Shown in pieces: positions 41,690 to 53,140 of a DNA stretch of 64,000 nucleotides. Position 1 is the stretch's first letter; each line of letters begins with the position of its first letter. Under the pieces are notes generated by a model that was given only the letters and a program-made list of their open reading frames with translations, had not been told where the DNA came from and did not search any database. A program made the position numbers and the translations under genes. Source of the DNA: an uncultured Gemmatimonadales bacterium (GTDB lineage Bacteria > Gemmatimonadota > Gemmatimonadetes > Gemmatimonadales > Gemmatimonadaceae); assembly GCA_963701965.1 (NCBI GenBank), contig OY969695.1:4864001-4928000 (forward strand), in the 5' to 3' direction.

Positions 41690-43726
41690 ATGGGCCCGTG
41701 CGTAACCGTGGCCGACGCGACGCAGGTACTCCGCGAACGGTTTGGCTACGAGACCTTTCGTCCCGGCCAGGAGCGGGCGGTGCGCGCCGTACTGGATGGC
41801 CGCGACGCCCTCGTCGTGCTGCCGACAGGCGGCGGGAAATCGCTGTGCTTTCAGATCCCGGCCTTGCTCTTTCCGGGTGTGACCGTGGTCGTCTCGCCGC
41901 TCATCTCCCTGATGAAGGATCAGGTGGATGCGCTTACGGCGCGCGGTTTGCCCGCGGCGTTCATCAATAGCACGCTGACCAGCGCACAGATCGCCGACCG
42001 GCTGGCCCGTGTGCAGCGCGGCGATCTCAAATTGTTGTACGTGGCGCCCGAGCGTTTCGACTTCGGGTCGGCGGCGACTCGGCTGCGCGCGGCGGGTGTT
42101 TCACTCCTCGCCGTCGATGAGGCGCACTGCATCAGCGAGTGGGGACATGATTTTCGGCCGAGTTACCAACGTCTGGGCGCGCTTCGCGCCGCCCTCGGCG
42201 AGCCACCCACCATCGCACTGACCGCGACGGCAACGCCCCTGGTGCGTGAGGATATCGCCAAGCACTTGGGGCTCAGAGAACCGGAGATCGTCGTAACCGG
42301 ATTCGATCGACGGAATCTGCGGTTTCATGTCGTGGCCACGAAGAACGACGCGCAAAAGGATGCCGCGCTCATTGACGCCCTGGGCTCCCGCGAGGGACTG
42401 GCGATCGTGTACGCCTCGACGCGGCGCGCGGTCGAGCGGCTGACCCCCGTACTGGAAAACTGCGGGATCCCGGCCGTCGGATACCATGCGGGTCTCGACG
42501 ACGATCGTCGCCGGGAAGTGCAGGACGCGTTCATGACCGAAAAGGTCCGCGCGGTCATCGCCACCAATGCGTTCGGCATGGGCATCGACAAGCGCAACGT
42601 GCGACTCGTGGTGCACCACACGATGCCGGGCTCGCTCGAGGCCTACTACCAGGAGGCCGGCCGCGCGGGGCGCGATGGCCAACCGGCCGACTGCTTTCTG
42701 CTGCATGCGTTCCAGGACCGGTTCACGCACGAGTTTTTCATCAAGGCCGCCTACCCGGAGCGCGCCCTCGTCGAGCGGGCCTATGATCTCCTGCGCCGGA
42801 CGTGTGGCGCATCCCCCATCCGGATTGGCCCGGACGACCTCGCCGAGCGACTGGGTGGCAAGACACAGGCTCGTGACACGGAGGCCGTGCTGCGGCTGCT
42901 GACTCGTGCCGGCGCGATCGCCGAAGGCGACGCGCCCTGGCGCTCGGTCGTCCGCCTGCTCGCCACGCCGGATCGCATCAAGCGCGAGCTCGACGGACCG
43001 GACGACCTTCTGGGCCGCGACATTCTGCGGGCCCTGTGGCGGCTGGCGGGCAGCGCGTTGCACTCGGGCGTCGCCGTGGACCTGGGCGCTTTGCCACCGG
43101 GATTGGGCGGGGCGGGGCAGGTGCTGGCCGTGCTTCGCGGCCTCGAGCAGCGCGGCTTCGTCACGGCCGAGCGGGCGTCCGGGGCGTCCCGATTGGCGAA
43201 CCCGGAGGCCTCGCTCGCGTCGTTTGGCGTCGACTGGAGCGCGCTCGGCCGGCGCCAAAAGGCAGACTTGGCGAAGGTCGACACGATGCAGAAGTACGCG
43301 TACGCCTCCACGTGCCGCCGCGCGTTCGTGCTGCGATATTTCGGGGATCCCTCGCTGACCCGGGGCAGCGCCTGCGATGGGTGCGACAATTGCTTGGGCC
43401 TCAAGTGGGAATCGGCGGCGACGGTCGCCGAGACGCCGCGGCGGAAGGGGCGTGGGCGCCGGGCGGAAGTCGTGGTGCCGACCGCGGTGGGGCCGGCCGA
43501 CACGCCGCTGTTCGAGAAGCTCCGGACGCTCCGGGGAGAGATCGCCCGGCGCGACAAGGTGCCCGCGTACGTGGTGTTTCCGGACCGCACGCTGGCCGAG
43601 TTGGCGGTGCGCCGGCCCAGCTCCATGGAGGCGCTGGCCGATGTGCGGGGGATCGGTCCGGCGAAGTTGGAGAAGTACGGTTCGCAGTTTTTGACTCTTA
43701 TTCGCGGCGACGGCGAGGCAGCCTGA
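41690..43726 (+). CDS. recQ: RecQ-family ATP-dependent DNA helicase with HRDC domain
   Basis: [57 protein letters not shown]...CDGCDNC, and HRDC motif [11 protein letters not shown]. Confidence 0.93.
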   Translation: MGPCVTVADATQVLRERFGYETFRPGQERAVRAVLDGRDALVVLPTGGGKSLCFQIPALLFPGVTVVVSPLISLMKDQVDALTARGLPAAFINSTLTSAQIADRLARVQRGDLKLLYVAPERFDFGSAATRLRAAGVSLLAVDEAHCISEWGHDFRPSYQRLGALRAALGEPPTIALTATATPLVREDIAKHLGLREPEIVVTGFDRRNLRFHVVATKNDAQKDAALIDALGSREGLAIVYASTRRAVERLTPVLENCGIPAVGYHAGLDDDRRREVQDAFMTEKVRAVIATNAFGMGIDKRNVRLVVHHTMPGSLEAYYQEAGRAGRDGQPADCFLLHAFQDRFTHEFFIKAAYPERALVERAYDLLRRTCGASPIRIGPDDLAERLGGKTQARDTEAVLRLLTRAGAIAEGDAPWRSVVRLLATPDRIKRELDGPDDLLGRDILRALWRLAGSALHSGVAVDLGALPPGLGGAGQVLAVLRGLEQRGFVTAERASGASRLANPEASLASFGVDWSALGRRQKADLAKVDTMQKYAYASTCRRAFVLRYFGDPSLTRGSACDGCDNCLGLKWESAATVAETPRRKGRGRRAEVVVPTAVGPADTPLFEKLRTLRGEIARRDKVPAYVVFPDRTLAELAVRRPSSMEALADVRGIGPAKLEKYGSQFLTLIRGDGEAA

Positions 43727-43728
43727 CA

Positions 43729-44946
43729 ATGGACGATGCTCTCTATTTCAGCGACCAGCATTTTCAAGTGCGCGACATGGTGCGCGCGTTCGCGCAGCAG
43801 GAGATCGCGCCGGTGGCCGCGCGCTTCGACGCCAGCGCCGAGTTCCCTTGGGAGAATATCAAGAAGATGGGCGAGCTCGGGCTCTTCGGGATTCCGTGGC
43901 CCGAGGATCTGGGCGGGTCGGGGCTCGATCTTCTGAGCTACATGATCGTGCTGCACGAGCTGGCCAAGGTCGATGCGTCGCACGCCATCACGGTCTCGGC
44001 GCACACGACCCTCGGCACGTCGCCGATCGTGAACTTCGGCACGCCGGAGCAGAAGCGCCGCTATGTCCCGTTGCTGGCGAGCGGTCGCGTCCTGGGAGGA
44101 TTCGGGCTCACGGAGCCCGGCGCCGGCAGCGACGCCGCGGGCACCCGGACCACCGCGGTCCGCAAGGGCAGCCATTATGTGCTCAACGGGTCGAAGATCT
44201 TCATCACGCATGGCGGTGTCGGCGAGATCTTTGTCGTGACCGCGGTCACGGATCCGTCTTCGGGCACGAAGGGCATCAGCTCGTTCATCCTGACAAAGAA
44301 CACGGTCGATCTCGACAAGGCGCGCGCGTTGGGCATCGGCCACGACGACTCGCTGGCGCCGCTCACCGGGTTTCGCGCGGGCAAGAAAGAGGACAAGCTC
44401 GGGTGGCGCGCGTCCGACACGCGGGAGTTGTTCTTCGAGGATGTCGAGGTGCCGGCCGAGAATCTGCTGGGCGAGGAAGGCGCGGGGTTCACGAACTTCA
44501 TGCGAACCCTCGACTCGGGCCGGATCGGCATCGCGGCGCTATCGCTGGGCCTCGCCGAGGGGGCGTTCGAGCACGCGCTCCGCTACGCCAGCGTGCGCAA
44601 GCAGTTCGGCCAGGCGATCGCCGAGTTTCAAGGCGTGCAGTTTCAATTGTCGGACATGGCGACGGAGATCGAGGCGGGCAAACATCTCGTCTTTCACGCG
44701 GCCTGGATGGCGCAGCACGGGAAGCCGTACAGCAAGCAGGCGGCGATGGCCAAGCTCTTCTGCAGCGAGCTGGCGATGCGGGCCACAATCAAGGCCGTGC
44801 AGATCCACGGTGGATACGGCTATACGCGCGACTATCCGGTCGAGCGGATGATGCGGGATGCCAAGATCTGCGAGATCGGGGAAGGGACGTCCGAGATCCA
44901 GCGCTTGGTGATCGCGCGCCACCTCCTGCGCGAACTTCCCGACTAG
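43729..44946 (+). CDS. Acyl-CoA dehydrogenase
   Basis: [42 protein letters not shown] and [10 protein letters not shown] motifs. Confidence 0.95.
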   Translation: MDDALYFSDQHFQVRDMVRAFAQQEIAPVAARFDASAEFPWENIKKMGELGLFGIPWPEDLGGSGLDLLSYMIVLHELAKVDASHAITVSAHTTLGTSPIVNFGTPEQKRRYVPLLASGRVLGGFGLTEPGAGSDAAGTRTTAVRKGSHYVLNGSKIFITHGGVGEIFVVTAVTDPSSGTKGISSFILTKNTVDLDKARALGIGHDDSLAPLTGFRAGKKEDKLGWRASDTRELFFEDVEVPAENLLGEEGAGFTNFMRTLDSGRIGIAALSLGLAEGAFEHALRYASVRKQFGQAIAEFQGVQFQLSDMATEIEAGKHLVFHAAWMAQHGKPYSKQAAMAKLFCSELAMRATIKAVQIHGGYGYTRDYPVERMMRDAKICEIGEGTSEIQRLVIARHLLRELPD

Positions 44947-46559
44947 CGCACGACCAGCGCCGTGAACGGCGCGACGTAGGCTTCGAGCGTCACGAGGCCG
45001 GCGACCAGGCCGGCGAGCAGCAGCGAGTGGACAAACACGAAGCGCAGGATCTGCCATTCGTGTCCATACCAGCGCGTGGTCGTGCTGGCGACCACGATGC
45101 TCTGCATGTCGATCATTTTGCCCATGACGCCGCCGGAGCTGTTGGCCGCCGCCATCAGCACGGGGCTCACGCCCACTTGCTGGGCCGTGATTTGCTGGAG
45201 GCTGCCGAACAGGACGTTCGAGCTGGTATCGGACCCGGTGAGGGCGACGCCGAGCCAGCCTAGGAGCGTGCCGAAGAACGGATACCAGGCGCCCGTGCGG
45301 GCGAAGGCGAGCCCGAGAATCGCATCCAGGCCCGAATACCGCGTGAGATAGCCGATCGCCAGCATCGCGGCGATCGTGAGGAGCGAGAGCTTCACGGTAT
45401 TGAGGGTGCGGCCGTAGATGCGCCAGATCTCGCGCGCCTTGTAGCCCATCGTGACCGCGGCGATGAGCGCGGCGACGAGAATGCCCGTGCCGGTGGCCGA
45501 GAGCCAGTTGAGGACAAAGGCGGCGGGCTCCGGTTTGGGCTTGGGCACGACCGGAGGCATGCGGAGGACGAGTTGGTCGAGGCCCGCGATCGTGAGGGTC
45601 GGCTTCGACCAGCCGTCGAGGAGCGCCTTCGTCTGGGGCAGGCCCCACAGGAACACGACCACGCTCAAGATGATCCATGGCGTCCAGGCTCGCAGCACTT
45701 CGCGACGATCGCCGGCCGGCTCCGCCGCGACGCGCGGGGCGTCTTTCGGATGCCATACCCGGAGGAGCGCGGTGACCGCAGCCATGGAGACGACGGCGGC
45801 AACGACGTTGACGAGCCACGGTCCGTGGTAATTCGAGATGAGCCACTGCGGGATCGCGAACGCGACGCCGGCGACGAGGAGCGCCGGCCAGATCGGCAGC
45901 ATGCGGCAGACGCCCGTATAGGCGACCATGAGCCAGAACGGGATGATCACGGCGAAGAAGCTGAGCTGGCGGCCGACCATGGCGCTCAGGGACATGAGCG
46001 AGATGCCGGTGACGCCGGCCAGCGCGATCAGCGGTGTTCCGAGTGCGCCGTAGGCGACTGGCGCGGTGTTGGCGATCAGGGAGAGGCCGGAGGCCTCGAG
46101 CGGCGAGAAGCCGAGGCCGATGAGGAGGGCGCCGGTGATGGCGACCGGGGTGCCGAACCCCGACGCCCCCTCAAAGAACGAGCCGAAGCAAAAGGCGACG
46201 AGCAGGAGTTGCAAGCGACGGTCGCCGGTGATGCCCGCGAGGCTCCTGCGCAGCACGTCGAATAGGCCGCGATCGAGCGTCAGCTGATAGAGGAAAATGA
46301 CATTGAGGATGATCCAGCCGATCGGCATCAGCCCGTATGCGGCGCCGAGCAGCGAGGCGCGGGCGACGAGTCCCGGCGGCATGTGCAGCACGGTGGCGGC
46401 GATGACCGCCGCCGTGGCCAGCGCCAGGAGCGCGGCGTAGTGCGCGCGGACGCGTCCTATGGCGATCGTGCCGAGCAGCACGACGATCGGCAGGGCCGCG
46501 ACCAGCGTCGAGATCAGCGGATTGCGCAGCGGATCGTAGATCTGCGACCACGGCGGCAT
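44943..46559 (-). CDS. L-lactate/glycolate permease (LctP family)
   Basis: [38 protein letters not shown] and GGVMGKMI motifs; many TM segments. Confidence 0.93.
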   Translation of the reverse strand: MPPWSQIYDPLRNPLISTLVAALPIVVLLGTIAIGRVRAHYAALLALATAAVIAATVLHMPPGLVARASLLGAAYGLMPIGWIILNVIFLYQLTLDRGLFDVLRRSLAGITGDRRLQLLLVAFCFGSFFEGASGFGTPVAITGALLIGLGFSPLEASGLSLIANTAPVAYGALGTPLIALAGVTGISLMSLSAMVGRQLSFFAVIIPFWLMVAYTGVCRMLPIWPALLVAGVAFAIPQWLISNYHGPWLVNVVAAVVSMAAVTALLRVWHPKDAPRVAAEPAGDRREVLRAWTPWIILSVVVFLWGLPQTKALLDGWSKPTLTIAGLDQLVLRMPPVVPKPKPEPAAFVLNWLSATGTGILVAALIAAVTMGYKAREIWRIYGRTLNTVKLSLLTIAAMLAIGYLTRYSGLDAILGLAFARTGAWYPFFGTLLGWLGVALTGSDTSSNVLFGSLQQITAQQVGVSPVLMAAANSSGGVMGKMIDMQSIVVASTTTRWYGHEWQILRFVFVHSLLLAGLVAGLVTLEAYVAPFTALVVR

Positions 46560-46685
46560 GGGACCCCGGGCTCAGGTAGGCCGGGCAAATGTCCCGCCTC
46601 GCCGCGAGGCCCGCAAGGCTCGCTCGCGCGCCGATACCGGATCGTCACGATTCTTCAGTCGACAAGCGAACCCAACCGTAAAGGA

Positions 46686-48170
46686 CTACTGGAGCCGCCA
46701 GATGTCAAGTATGCCTGTCGTCTCGTGGTCGTTCGCGCTGCCCTCGGGGAGCGCGATTCTGCCGTCGGCGATAATCGGACTGTTCCAGTGGCCACCGCCG
46801 GCGGCCAAGGTCGTAACGAGGGTGCCGCTCGCCGGTTGATAGACGCGCAGCGCGCCGCCCGGATCGTAGACATAGAGGAGACCGCCCGCGACGACGGGGC
46901 TTGTGCCGCCATGACTGTTGTGCCATGCCGCGGCCAGGTGGCCACCGCTCACGGTCCACGCCGCGGTGCCACCGCGGTCGGCCGCGATGAGGAGTGCCCC
47001 TGTGGCGGTTTGCAGGACCGCCGGAGCGCTGAACAGCATCGCGCCCGATGGCGTGGAGATGATCTGCGCTTCGCCGCCTTGGTGCGGCGTCGTCCCGGCG
47101 ATCGTGGCACCCGAGAGCACGCGGATCGAGCCATCCTTGCCACCTTGCGCCACGGCGCCGCCACCGAGGAGCACGGGGGAACTGGAGCCCAAGTCCAAGT
47201 CGCTCTGCGCCAGCGCTCGGGTGTTCGTGGGCGTGTAGTTGCCTAACAAGTGCGTCGCGGACGAGTCGAGGCGCAGGATCGCGTCGCCCCAGTTGGTATT
47301 GCCATCCCACAGGCCGTTACCCGTCGCCACGTAGATATCCCCGGTGGCCGAATCGATGACCGCGCCGCTCCGTCCCCAGATGGCGGACAACGACTCCGCG
47401 CATTGGGTCGGCGCCAGGAGCGTGAGCTGATCGCTGCACAGCGCATTCCAGATGTGGCGGATCTGACCGCTCGCCGCGTCGAGAATGGCCACATGCCCCT
47501 GATAGGGCGGCGCGTCCCCGAAGTACCCACCGGTCACCGCGATCACGCGGCCGGTGATGTACGTCAACGACGACGCGATCTTTTCCGTGGCCGGGACCAT
47601 GCTAATGGACGTGCTCCAGACCACGTGCCCGTCCGCGACCGCGAGCTTCTGAATACGCCCGTCGGGTGACGCCGCATAGAGAAACTGGCGCCCGGGGTCC
47701 GCCACCGGGGTTGCGTTCGTGATCTGCGCCGAGCCCGCCCACGACGCGTAACCCGGCGGCGTGTACCGCCACAGGATGCCGCCCGTGTTCGCGTTCACCG
47801 CGATCGTCTTCCCGTACGTCGTGGTGACGAAGAACACATCGTGCGCCGCGCCGTTGACCACGACGCTGCTGAGATAGATCGGGGCGGCGTCCACGACGCC
47901 GTCGAGGGCAACCTGCTGCCGGCACATCGCCGCCACGTTGGACGCCGTGATGCCGGTCGGCGCCGTGGACACTCCGGATCGCCCGACATCGACATTGAAG
48001 CGGATCCAGTCGTGCCCCTGCGTCACGCGATCAGGGCCAATGGGGCAGGGCGCCGCGGCGTGGCCTGCCGGCGACGCCGTCGGCCCCCCGCAAAACGTGA
48101 CTGCCGGAAGGCCCGCGAGCAGAGCGGCGACCCACCACGACCGACGAAGCGACGTCACAGCTGCCTCCAT
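46686..48170 (-). CDS. Exported PQQ-binding-like beta-propeller protein
   Basis: Signal peptide; repeated Trp-docking motifs (ILWRY, VVWS, IWG, AAAW), ATGNG, DLDLGSSSP and WNSPIIADG. Confidence 0.75.
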   Translation of the reverse strand: MEAAVTSLRRSWWVAALLAGLPAVTFCGGPTASPAGHAAAPCPIGPDRVTQGHDWIRFNVDVGRSGVSTAPTGITASNVAAMCRQQVALDGVVDAAPIYLSSVVVNGAAHDVFFVTTTYGKTIAVNANTGGILWRYTPPGYASWAGSAQITNATPVADPGRQFLYAASPDGRIQKLAVADGHVVWSTSISMVPATEKIASSLTYITGRVIAVTGGYFGDAPPYQGHVAILDAASGQIRHIWNALCSDQLTLLAPTQCAESLSAIWGRSGAVIDSATGDIYVATGNGLWDGNTNWGDAILRLDSSATHLLGNYTPTNTRALAQSDLDLGSSSPVLLGGGAVAQGGKDGSIRVLSGATIAGTTPHQGGEAQIISTPSGAMLFSAPAVLQTATGALLIAADRGGTAAWTVSGGHLAAAWHNSHGGTSPVVAGGLLYVYDPGGALRVYQPASGTLVTTLAAGGGHWNSPIIADGRIALPEGSANDHETTGILDIWRLQ

Positions 48171-48331
48171 GATACAATGCGGGGGTCCGCCTATCTTAGC
48201 GTAGATTTGCCAGTTGGCGCCCTCCCCGTTATTCATACTACGGTTGTCGACAAGTGAATTGTCACGTGTAACCGGACCGGGCGACTCGCGGTCGTGGTTG
48301 CATGTTGTGTGAAATAGCCGCTCGCCCCCGT

Positions 48332-48485
48332 GATGTTCTCGTCGCAGGTGACGATGGATCGGTCGGAATACCCCGTGTCACAGCAGGCTGAAGAGCTCCG
48401 TGGCGGGGTCGCCGAAACCGACTACGCTGGCGTGGTGAGCCGCTTCGTATACCCCATCTATCAGTCCCGTCCCCGCCCGGATATC
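48332..48485 (+). ncRNA. Candidate structured RNA (long interrupted hairpin) upstream of rne/rng; 5' leader or 6S-like
   Basis: Nested pairings GATGTTC/GGATATC, GAC-GATGGAT/ATCTATC-GTC, GAAG/CTTC, GCTC/GAGC and GCG-GGTCG/CGACT-CGC; G-U pairs favour the + strand. Confidence 0.45.
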
Positions 48486-48519
48486 GAGTCGCGGTCCGCT
48501 GGCGTGGGCATGGACCCCG

Positions 48520-50076
48520 ATGAAAAGAGAGATACTGATCAATGCGACCTCGCGGGAAACCCGGGTCGCTATCATGGAGGACGACCAGCTCGTCGAGCTC
48601 CTCGTTGACCGGCCGGACGCCCGCCGCATGGTGGGCGACATCTACCTGGGAAAGGTCGAGGCGGTGTTGCCTGGCATTCAGGCCGCCTTCGTCGACATAG
48701 GCACGGAGAAGAGCGCATTTCTCCACGCCTCGGACCTGGTGTTCGACGAAGATGCTGCGGCCGAGCGGGACGAAGAGGAAGAGGACGACGCTGCTGAGGA
48801 AGACAATGGGAAGGACAATGGACGGCCGAAAGCGCCGCCGATTCAGGATTCCCTGAAGCGCGGCCAACAGATCATCGTCCAGGTCTCCAAGGAACCCATC
48901 TCGACCAAAGGCCCCCGCGTCACGGCCCAGATCTCATTGGCCGGCCGGTTCCTCGTCTACATGCCCGACGCCTCGCGCGTCGGCATTAGCCGGAAGATCG
49001 GCGAGCGGGCCGAACGACACCGGTTACGCGACATGGTGCGGGGCGCGCTCCCCGAGAACAGCGGCGGAGTCATCGTCCGCACCGTGGGAGAGGACGCCAC
49101 GGAGGAGACGTTCAAGCGCGAGCTGACGACTCTCATGAACACCTGGAAGCGCGTCCACCGGAAGACCCAATTCATGCGGGCGCCGGCGCTGGTCCACCGC
49201 GAGACCAACCTCACGCGCGGCATCATCCGGGACCTGTTCTCGACCAAAGTCGACAGCCTTACCGTCGACAGCAAGCAGATCTTCAACGAGATCGTCGAGT
49301 ACCTGAAAGGCATCGCGCCCGATCTGATCGAGCGGGTGACGCTGTACGACGGCCCGTTGCCGTTGTTCGACAAAGCCGAGATCGAGACGGAGATCCGCGA
49401 CCTTTTCAAGCGGCGCTGTGATCTCCCGTCCGGCGGCTACCTCATCATCGAGCCCACGGAAGCCCTGGTCTCGATCGACGTGAATTCCGGTCGTTACACC
49501 GGCAAGAAGGATCCGGAGAAGACGATCCTCAAGACGAATCTCGAGGCGGCCCGGGAAGTGGCGCGGCAGATCCGGCTGCGCGACGTCGGCGGCATCATCG
49601 TCTGCGACTTCATCGACATGGAGACCAAGCAGAACCGCGAGCGCGTCCTGCAGGATCTCCGCACCCACCTGGGCCGCGATCGGGCCCGCACGAAAGCGTT
49701 CGCCGTCAGTGACCTCGGGCTCATCGAGATGACCCGCCAGCGCGTGCGGCAGAGCCATCTCCAGAGCATGACCGAGCCGTGCCCCACGTGCCACGGCACC
49801 GGCCGGGTGTTCACGCCCGAGGCCATCATCCGCCGCGTGGAGCGGTCTGTGCGCCGGATCGTGGTGGAAGGGAAGCGCGACAACCTCGTCGTCCGGCTGC
49901 ACCCCGACGTCGCCATGTACGTGCGGGAGCAGGAAAACGACCTGCTCCGCAAGCTCGAAAAGGGCGCCGGGTTCTCGATCGAGTTCCGGGACGATCCGCT
50001 GCTCAGACCGGACGAGTTCAAGATTGTCGTCAAGTCCGCCGGACGGGATGTGACGCAGCAGTACGCGGTCGCCTGA
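48520..50076 (+). CDS. Ribonuclease E/G family (RNase G-length)
   Basis: GDIYLGKV, AAFVDIG, KEPISTKGPRVT, IDVNSG, RLRDVGGIIVCDFIDM, EMTRQR and CPTCHGTG motifs. Confidence 0.95.
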   Translation: MKREILINATSRETRVAIMEDDQLVELLVDRPDARRMVGDIYLGKVEAVLPGIQAAFVDIGTEKSAFLHASDLVFDEDAAAERDEEEEDDAAEEDNGKDNGRPKAPPIQDSLKRGQQIIVQVSKEPISTKGPRVTAQISLAGRFLVYMPDASRVGISRKIGERAERHRLRDMVRGALPENSGGVIVRTVGEDATEETFKRELTTLMNTWKRVHRKTQFMRAPALVHRETNLTRGIIRDLFSTKVDSLTVDSKQIFNEIVEYLKGIAPDLIERVTLYDGPLPLFDKAEIETEIRDLFKRRCDLPSGGYLIIEPTEALVSIDVNSGRYTGKKDPEKTILKTNLEAAREVARQIRLRDVGGIIVCDFIDMETKQNRERVLQDLRTHLGRDRARTKAFAVSDLGLIEMTRQRVRQSHLQSMTEPCPTCHGTGRVFTPEAIIRRVERSVRRIVVEGKRDNLVVRLHPDVAMYVREQENDLLRKLEKGAGFSIEFRDDPLLRPDEFKIVVKSAGRDVTQQYAVA

Positions 50077-50101
50077 CGAAGCGTCGCCTAGCGCGACCGC
50101 G

Positions 50102-51160
50102 TCACCCCCCGGCAAGCTGGGCGCGCGTCCAGAGCAGGATCTTGAGGCAGCGGTTGGCTTCGCCGGGGAACGCCATGGGCACGGGCTCGCTCGGCTGATA
50201 GACCTCGATCGCGATCAGATCCTTGGGCGGCGGCAGCATCAACTCGTCCGGCCCGCCCACCGGCTCGTTCGTCCCCGGGATGTACGCGTTGGTCGCCTGG
50301 CCGTTCCCGACCACCGCGCCATCGATCACATACAACGTGCAATCGCCGTAGTTGTTGATCGTCGTCGGACCGCGGGCGCTGAACACCCGCAACACGCCGT
50401 GATGGTCGTCGATCACGCGCAAGCCCGGCACGGTGCGAAACAACTCGGGCGTATCGACCACGTCTCGCCGCTCGATCTGGTCCTGCGTCATGAAGTGCCC
50501 GACCCCGATCCGCTTGCGCTCGCTGAACCCTATGTCGCGGTACACCGCAGTCAGGCGTAAACGGTCCGCCGCCACGCGCACCACCTCCAACATGGGCGGC
50601 AGCCGCTGCATGGTGACATCGGTCGTTCGCGGCGTATCCGCGGCGAGATCCACCGGCACGACCGCCGCGCCGAGCCCCACGCTCCGCACGATGAGCACCT
50701 GGGAACCCGCGGGCAGGCCCGGCATCCGATAGCGGCCATCGCTGCTGGCGTTCACGGTGGCATTGTTGCCGAGCACCGTGATCGTCGCGCTGGGCACCGG
50801 GTCGCCCGCCGCGGTGACGATGCGCCCGGTCACGACCGCGCGACTGGAGTCGTCGCGGCGGGTCACCCGGAGGTCCGCCTGGTCGCCCGCCGACACCGGC
50901 AGGTAGGCGGCCGGCGCCGAACCCACGTGCGCCTGGATGAGCGCCCGCTTGCCGTCGACGCACACCTGGTACCGTCCGGCGGTGTCGCTCGTGGTCTCCC
51001 GGCCGAACGTCGACTGGTCCAGGCCAATACCGGTGACCACGGCACCAGGCACGGGTTTATCCGTGTCGGTCTCCAGCACACGACCCGAGACGCAGAGTTG
51101 CGCCCGGGCAGGCAAGGCGACCGCACTCACGGCGGTCGCGACGGCAAGCAGTCGCCTCAT
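50102..51160 (-). CDS. Exported protein with two carboxypeptidase-regulatory-like domains and a TonB-receptor plug-like domain
   Basis: Signal peptide; SGRVLE...PVPGAVV and TGRIV...PVPSATI repeats; ELFRTVPGLRV...YVIDG...IAIEVY plug-like motif. Confidence 0.72.
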   Translation of the reverse strand: MRRLLAVATAVSAVALPARAQLCVSGRVLETDTDKPVPGAVVTGIGLDQSTFGRETTSDTAGRYQVCVDGKRALIQAHVGSAPAAYLPVSAGDQADLRVTRRDDSSRAVVTGRIVTAAGDPVPSATITVLGNNATVNASSDGRYRMPGLPAGSQVLIVRSVGLGAAVVPVDLAADTPRTTDVTMQRLPPMLEVVRVAADRLRLTAVYRDIGFSERKRIGVGHFMTQDQIERRDVVDTPELFRTVPGLRVIDDHHGVLRVFSARGPTTINNYGDCTLYVIDGAVVGNGQATNAYIPGTNEPVGGPDELMLPPPKDLIAIEVYQPSEPVPMAFPGEANRCLKILLWTRAQLAGG

Positions 51161-51163
51161 ACG

Positions 51164-51192
51164 TTGACAAATCCCGTTGGCACAAATAGCCT
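51164..51192 (+). promoter_or_regulatory. Sigma-70 promoter of rplU-rpmA (probably leaderless)
   Basis: TTGACA (51164-51169), 17-bp spacer, TAGCCT (51187-51192), 8 nt before the ATG at 51201. Confidence 0.8.
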
Positions 51193-51200
51193 TACAGGCT

Positions 51201-51521
51201 ATGGCATACGCGATCATCCGTACGGCTGGCAAGCAATTCCGCGTCGAGCCGGGGAAAAAGGTACGCTTGCCGAGCCTCGAAGGCGAGGCTGGCGCGTCGG
51301 TGCGGTTCGACGAAGTGCTGGTCGGATCGGATGGTACGACGGTCCACACGGGAACTCCGCTTGTCGGCGGGGCGTCGGTGACGGCCGAGATCGTGCGTCA
51401 CGGCCTGGGCGACAAGATCGTCGTGTTCAAGTTCAAGCGCCGCAAGAACTACGCCCGCAAGCAGGGGCACCGGCAGGGCTATACCGAAGTCCGCATCACC
51501 GATATCTCACTCGGATCCTGA
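51201..51521 (+). CDS. rplU: 50S ribosomal protein L21
   Basis: [13 protein letters not shown] and [16 protein letters not shown] motifs. Confidence 0.97.
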   Translation: MAYAIIRTAGKQFRVEPGKKVRLPSLEGEAGASVRFDEVLVGSDGTTVHTGTPLVGGASVTAEIVRHGLGDKIVVFKFKRRKNYARKQGHRQGYTEVRITDISLGS

Positions 51522-51522
51522 C

Positions 51523-51789
51523 ATGGCTCATAAGAAGGGCGTCGGCTCCTCGCGCAACGGGCGCGATTCGAACCCGCAATATCGCGGGGTCAAGAAGTAC
51601 GGGGGCGAGCACGTACGCGCCGGCAATATCATCATCCGCCAGTGCGGCACGAAGGTGCATCCCGGCCGCAACGTCGGCCTGGGCTCCGACTTCACGATCT
51701 ACGCGCTCATCGACGGCGTGGTGAAGTTCGAGCACAAGAACAAGCTCCGGTACAAGGTCAGCGTCTACCCCGAGCCCACGGCCGCGTAA
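51523..51789 (+). CDS. rpmA: 50S ribosomal protein L27
   Basis: [16 protein letters not shown] and [10 protein letters not shown] motifs. Confidence 0.98.
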   Translation: MAHKKGVGSSRNGRDSNPQYRGVKKYGGEHVRAGNIIIRQCGTKVHPGRNVGLGSDFTIYALIDGVVKFEHKNKLRYKVSVYPEPTAA

Positions 51790-51808
51790 CGCATCGCGAC
51801 TCGCGAGG

Positions 51809-51842
51809 AAAAAAAGGGGCCGCCCCTCGGGCGGCCCCCTTT
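51809..51842. terminator. Bidirectional intrinsic terminator
   Basis: A7, GGGGCCGCCC, loop CTC, GGGCGGCCCC, then cTTT; lies between convergent rpmA and the amidohydrolase gene. Confidence 0.85.
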
Positions 51843-51856
51843 CGCATCTGTTGTGC

Positions 51857-53140
51857 TCAGGGTGCTTGGTACGTCGGACGCGGCAGACTCTTGTAGCGCT
51901 GCATCAGTTGATCCTGACGTGAGGGTGCCGTCACCGGTTTCCCGTGGATCAGCACGACCTCGGCACGCGTGCTGAACTCGAACGGATCCCCGCTCCAGAC
52001 CACGACGTTCGCCGAGCGACCTGCTTGGAGCGAACCCACGCGGTCCGCGACTCCGAAGGCTTCGGCCGGGGCCAGCGTGATGGCGCGGAGCGCCTCGTCC
52101 CACGCCAGGCCATAGGCGACCGCTTCGCCTGCCTCCTGGCGAATGTTGCGGATGTTGAACGGCGACGTGTCCTCCTCAGCGGCGTTTCCGATGAGCATCA
52201 CCGACACGCCCGCGCGGCGCAGCAGCATCGCATTGTCTTGCCGCTGCCCCAAGCGCTCGAAACTCTCCGGCACATTGTTCATCGCACCGGTGAGCACGGG
52301 CACCTTCGCGGCGGCGAGTGCGCCCGCCACCTCCCACGCTTCGGCGCCCCCGGCGATCATGATGTTGAGCTTGTATTCCTTTGCGATCGCGATCGCCTGG
52401 GTGATGTCGCTGGCCCGGTCGGCCACGATCACCAGCGGCAGTTTCCCGTCGAGCACCGGGCGCAGGGCTTCGAGATCGGCACGGCTCGCGGAGAGCGGGC
52501 GCGACTGCGCGCGGTCGTACGCCTCGGGGTTCTTGGCGTAGCTGCGCACGTCGTCGAACAGCTCGCGCAGGCGTCCGGTGACCTCTCCGCGAGCCGTGAA
52601 GCCCGCGGACTGGGCATCGCCGATCTGCCCAAACATGGCAGCTGGCGCGCGGATCATCATCTCCGCGACGGGTCCGTCCGCGAGGTCGACCATGATCGCC
52701 TGGCCGGCAATGACATTGCCGCCGTCGGGGGTCGCGACCACACTCGTGACGCCGTCATTCCGCGTGGGTTGGATCAACACCGAGTGCGGGTTGAAGCCAT
52801 CCGCCACGCGGAACGCCGCGGAGACCGCATTCGCCCCTTTCGCCGTCGCATCCCGCGTATCGGGGACGGCCTGCACTTCTTCCACGCCGAGCAGGGTCGC
52901 CGAGTTGATGAGTCCCGGCGTCACCCATTTGCCGGTGGCGTCGATCCTCTGGGCGCCCGACGGCACTGCGACGTTCGCGCCGACCGCGACGATCTTGCCG
53001 TCCCGGATCACCACCGTGCCGTGGTCGATCTTCGGGCCGCTCACCGGATAGACCGTGCCGCCGACGATCGCGATCGTCTGGGCCCCGGCGGCGCCGGCCG
53101 CCGACCCCGCGATGAGCAGGACTGCGAGCGCGCGTATCAT
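51857..53140 (-). CDS. Exported amidohydrolase-family protein with degenerate metal site
   Basis: Signal peptide; DATGKWVTPGLINSATLLG lacks the DxHxH motif; GSLQAGRSANVVVWSGDP. Confidence 0.85.
   Translation of the reverse strand: MIRALAVLLIAGSAAGAAGAQTIAIVGGTVYPVSGPKIDHGTVVIRDGKIVAVGANVAVPSGAQRIDATGKWVTPGLINSATLLGVEEVQAVPDTRDATAKGANAVSAAFRVADGFNPHSVLIQPTRNDGVTSVVATPDGGNVIAGQAIMVDLADGPVAEMMIRAPAAMFGQIGDAQSAGFTARGEVTGRLRELFDDVRSYAKNPEAYDRAQSRPLSASRADLEALRPVLDGKLPLVIVADRASDITQAIAIAKEYKLNIMIAGGAEAWEVAGALAAAKVPVLTGAMNNVPESFERLGQRQDNAMLLRRAGVSVMLIGNAAEEDTSPFNIRNIRQEAGEAVAYGLAWDEALRAITLAPAEAFGVADRVGSLQAGRSANVVVWSGDPFEFSTRAEVVLIHGKPVTAPSRQDQLMQRYKSLPRPTYQAP

Noticed and set aside
46596..46610. Hairpin GCCTCG-CCG-CGAGGC as a terminator
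   Set aside because: Short stem with no U-tract; expected by chance at this GC content.
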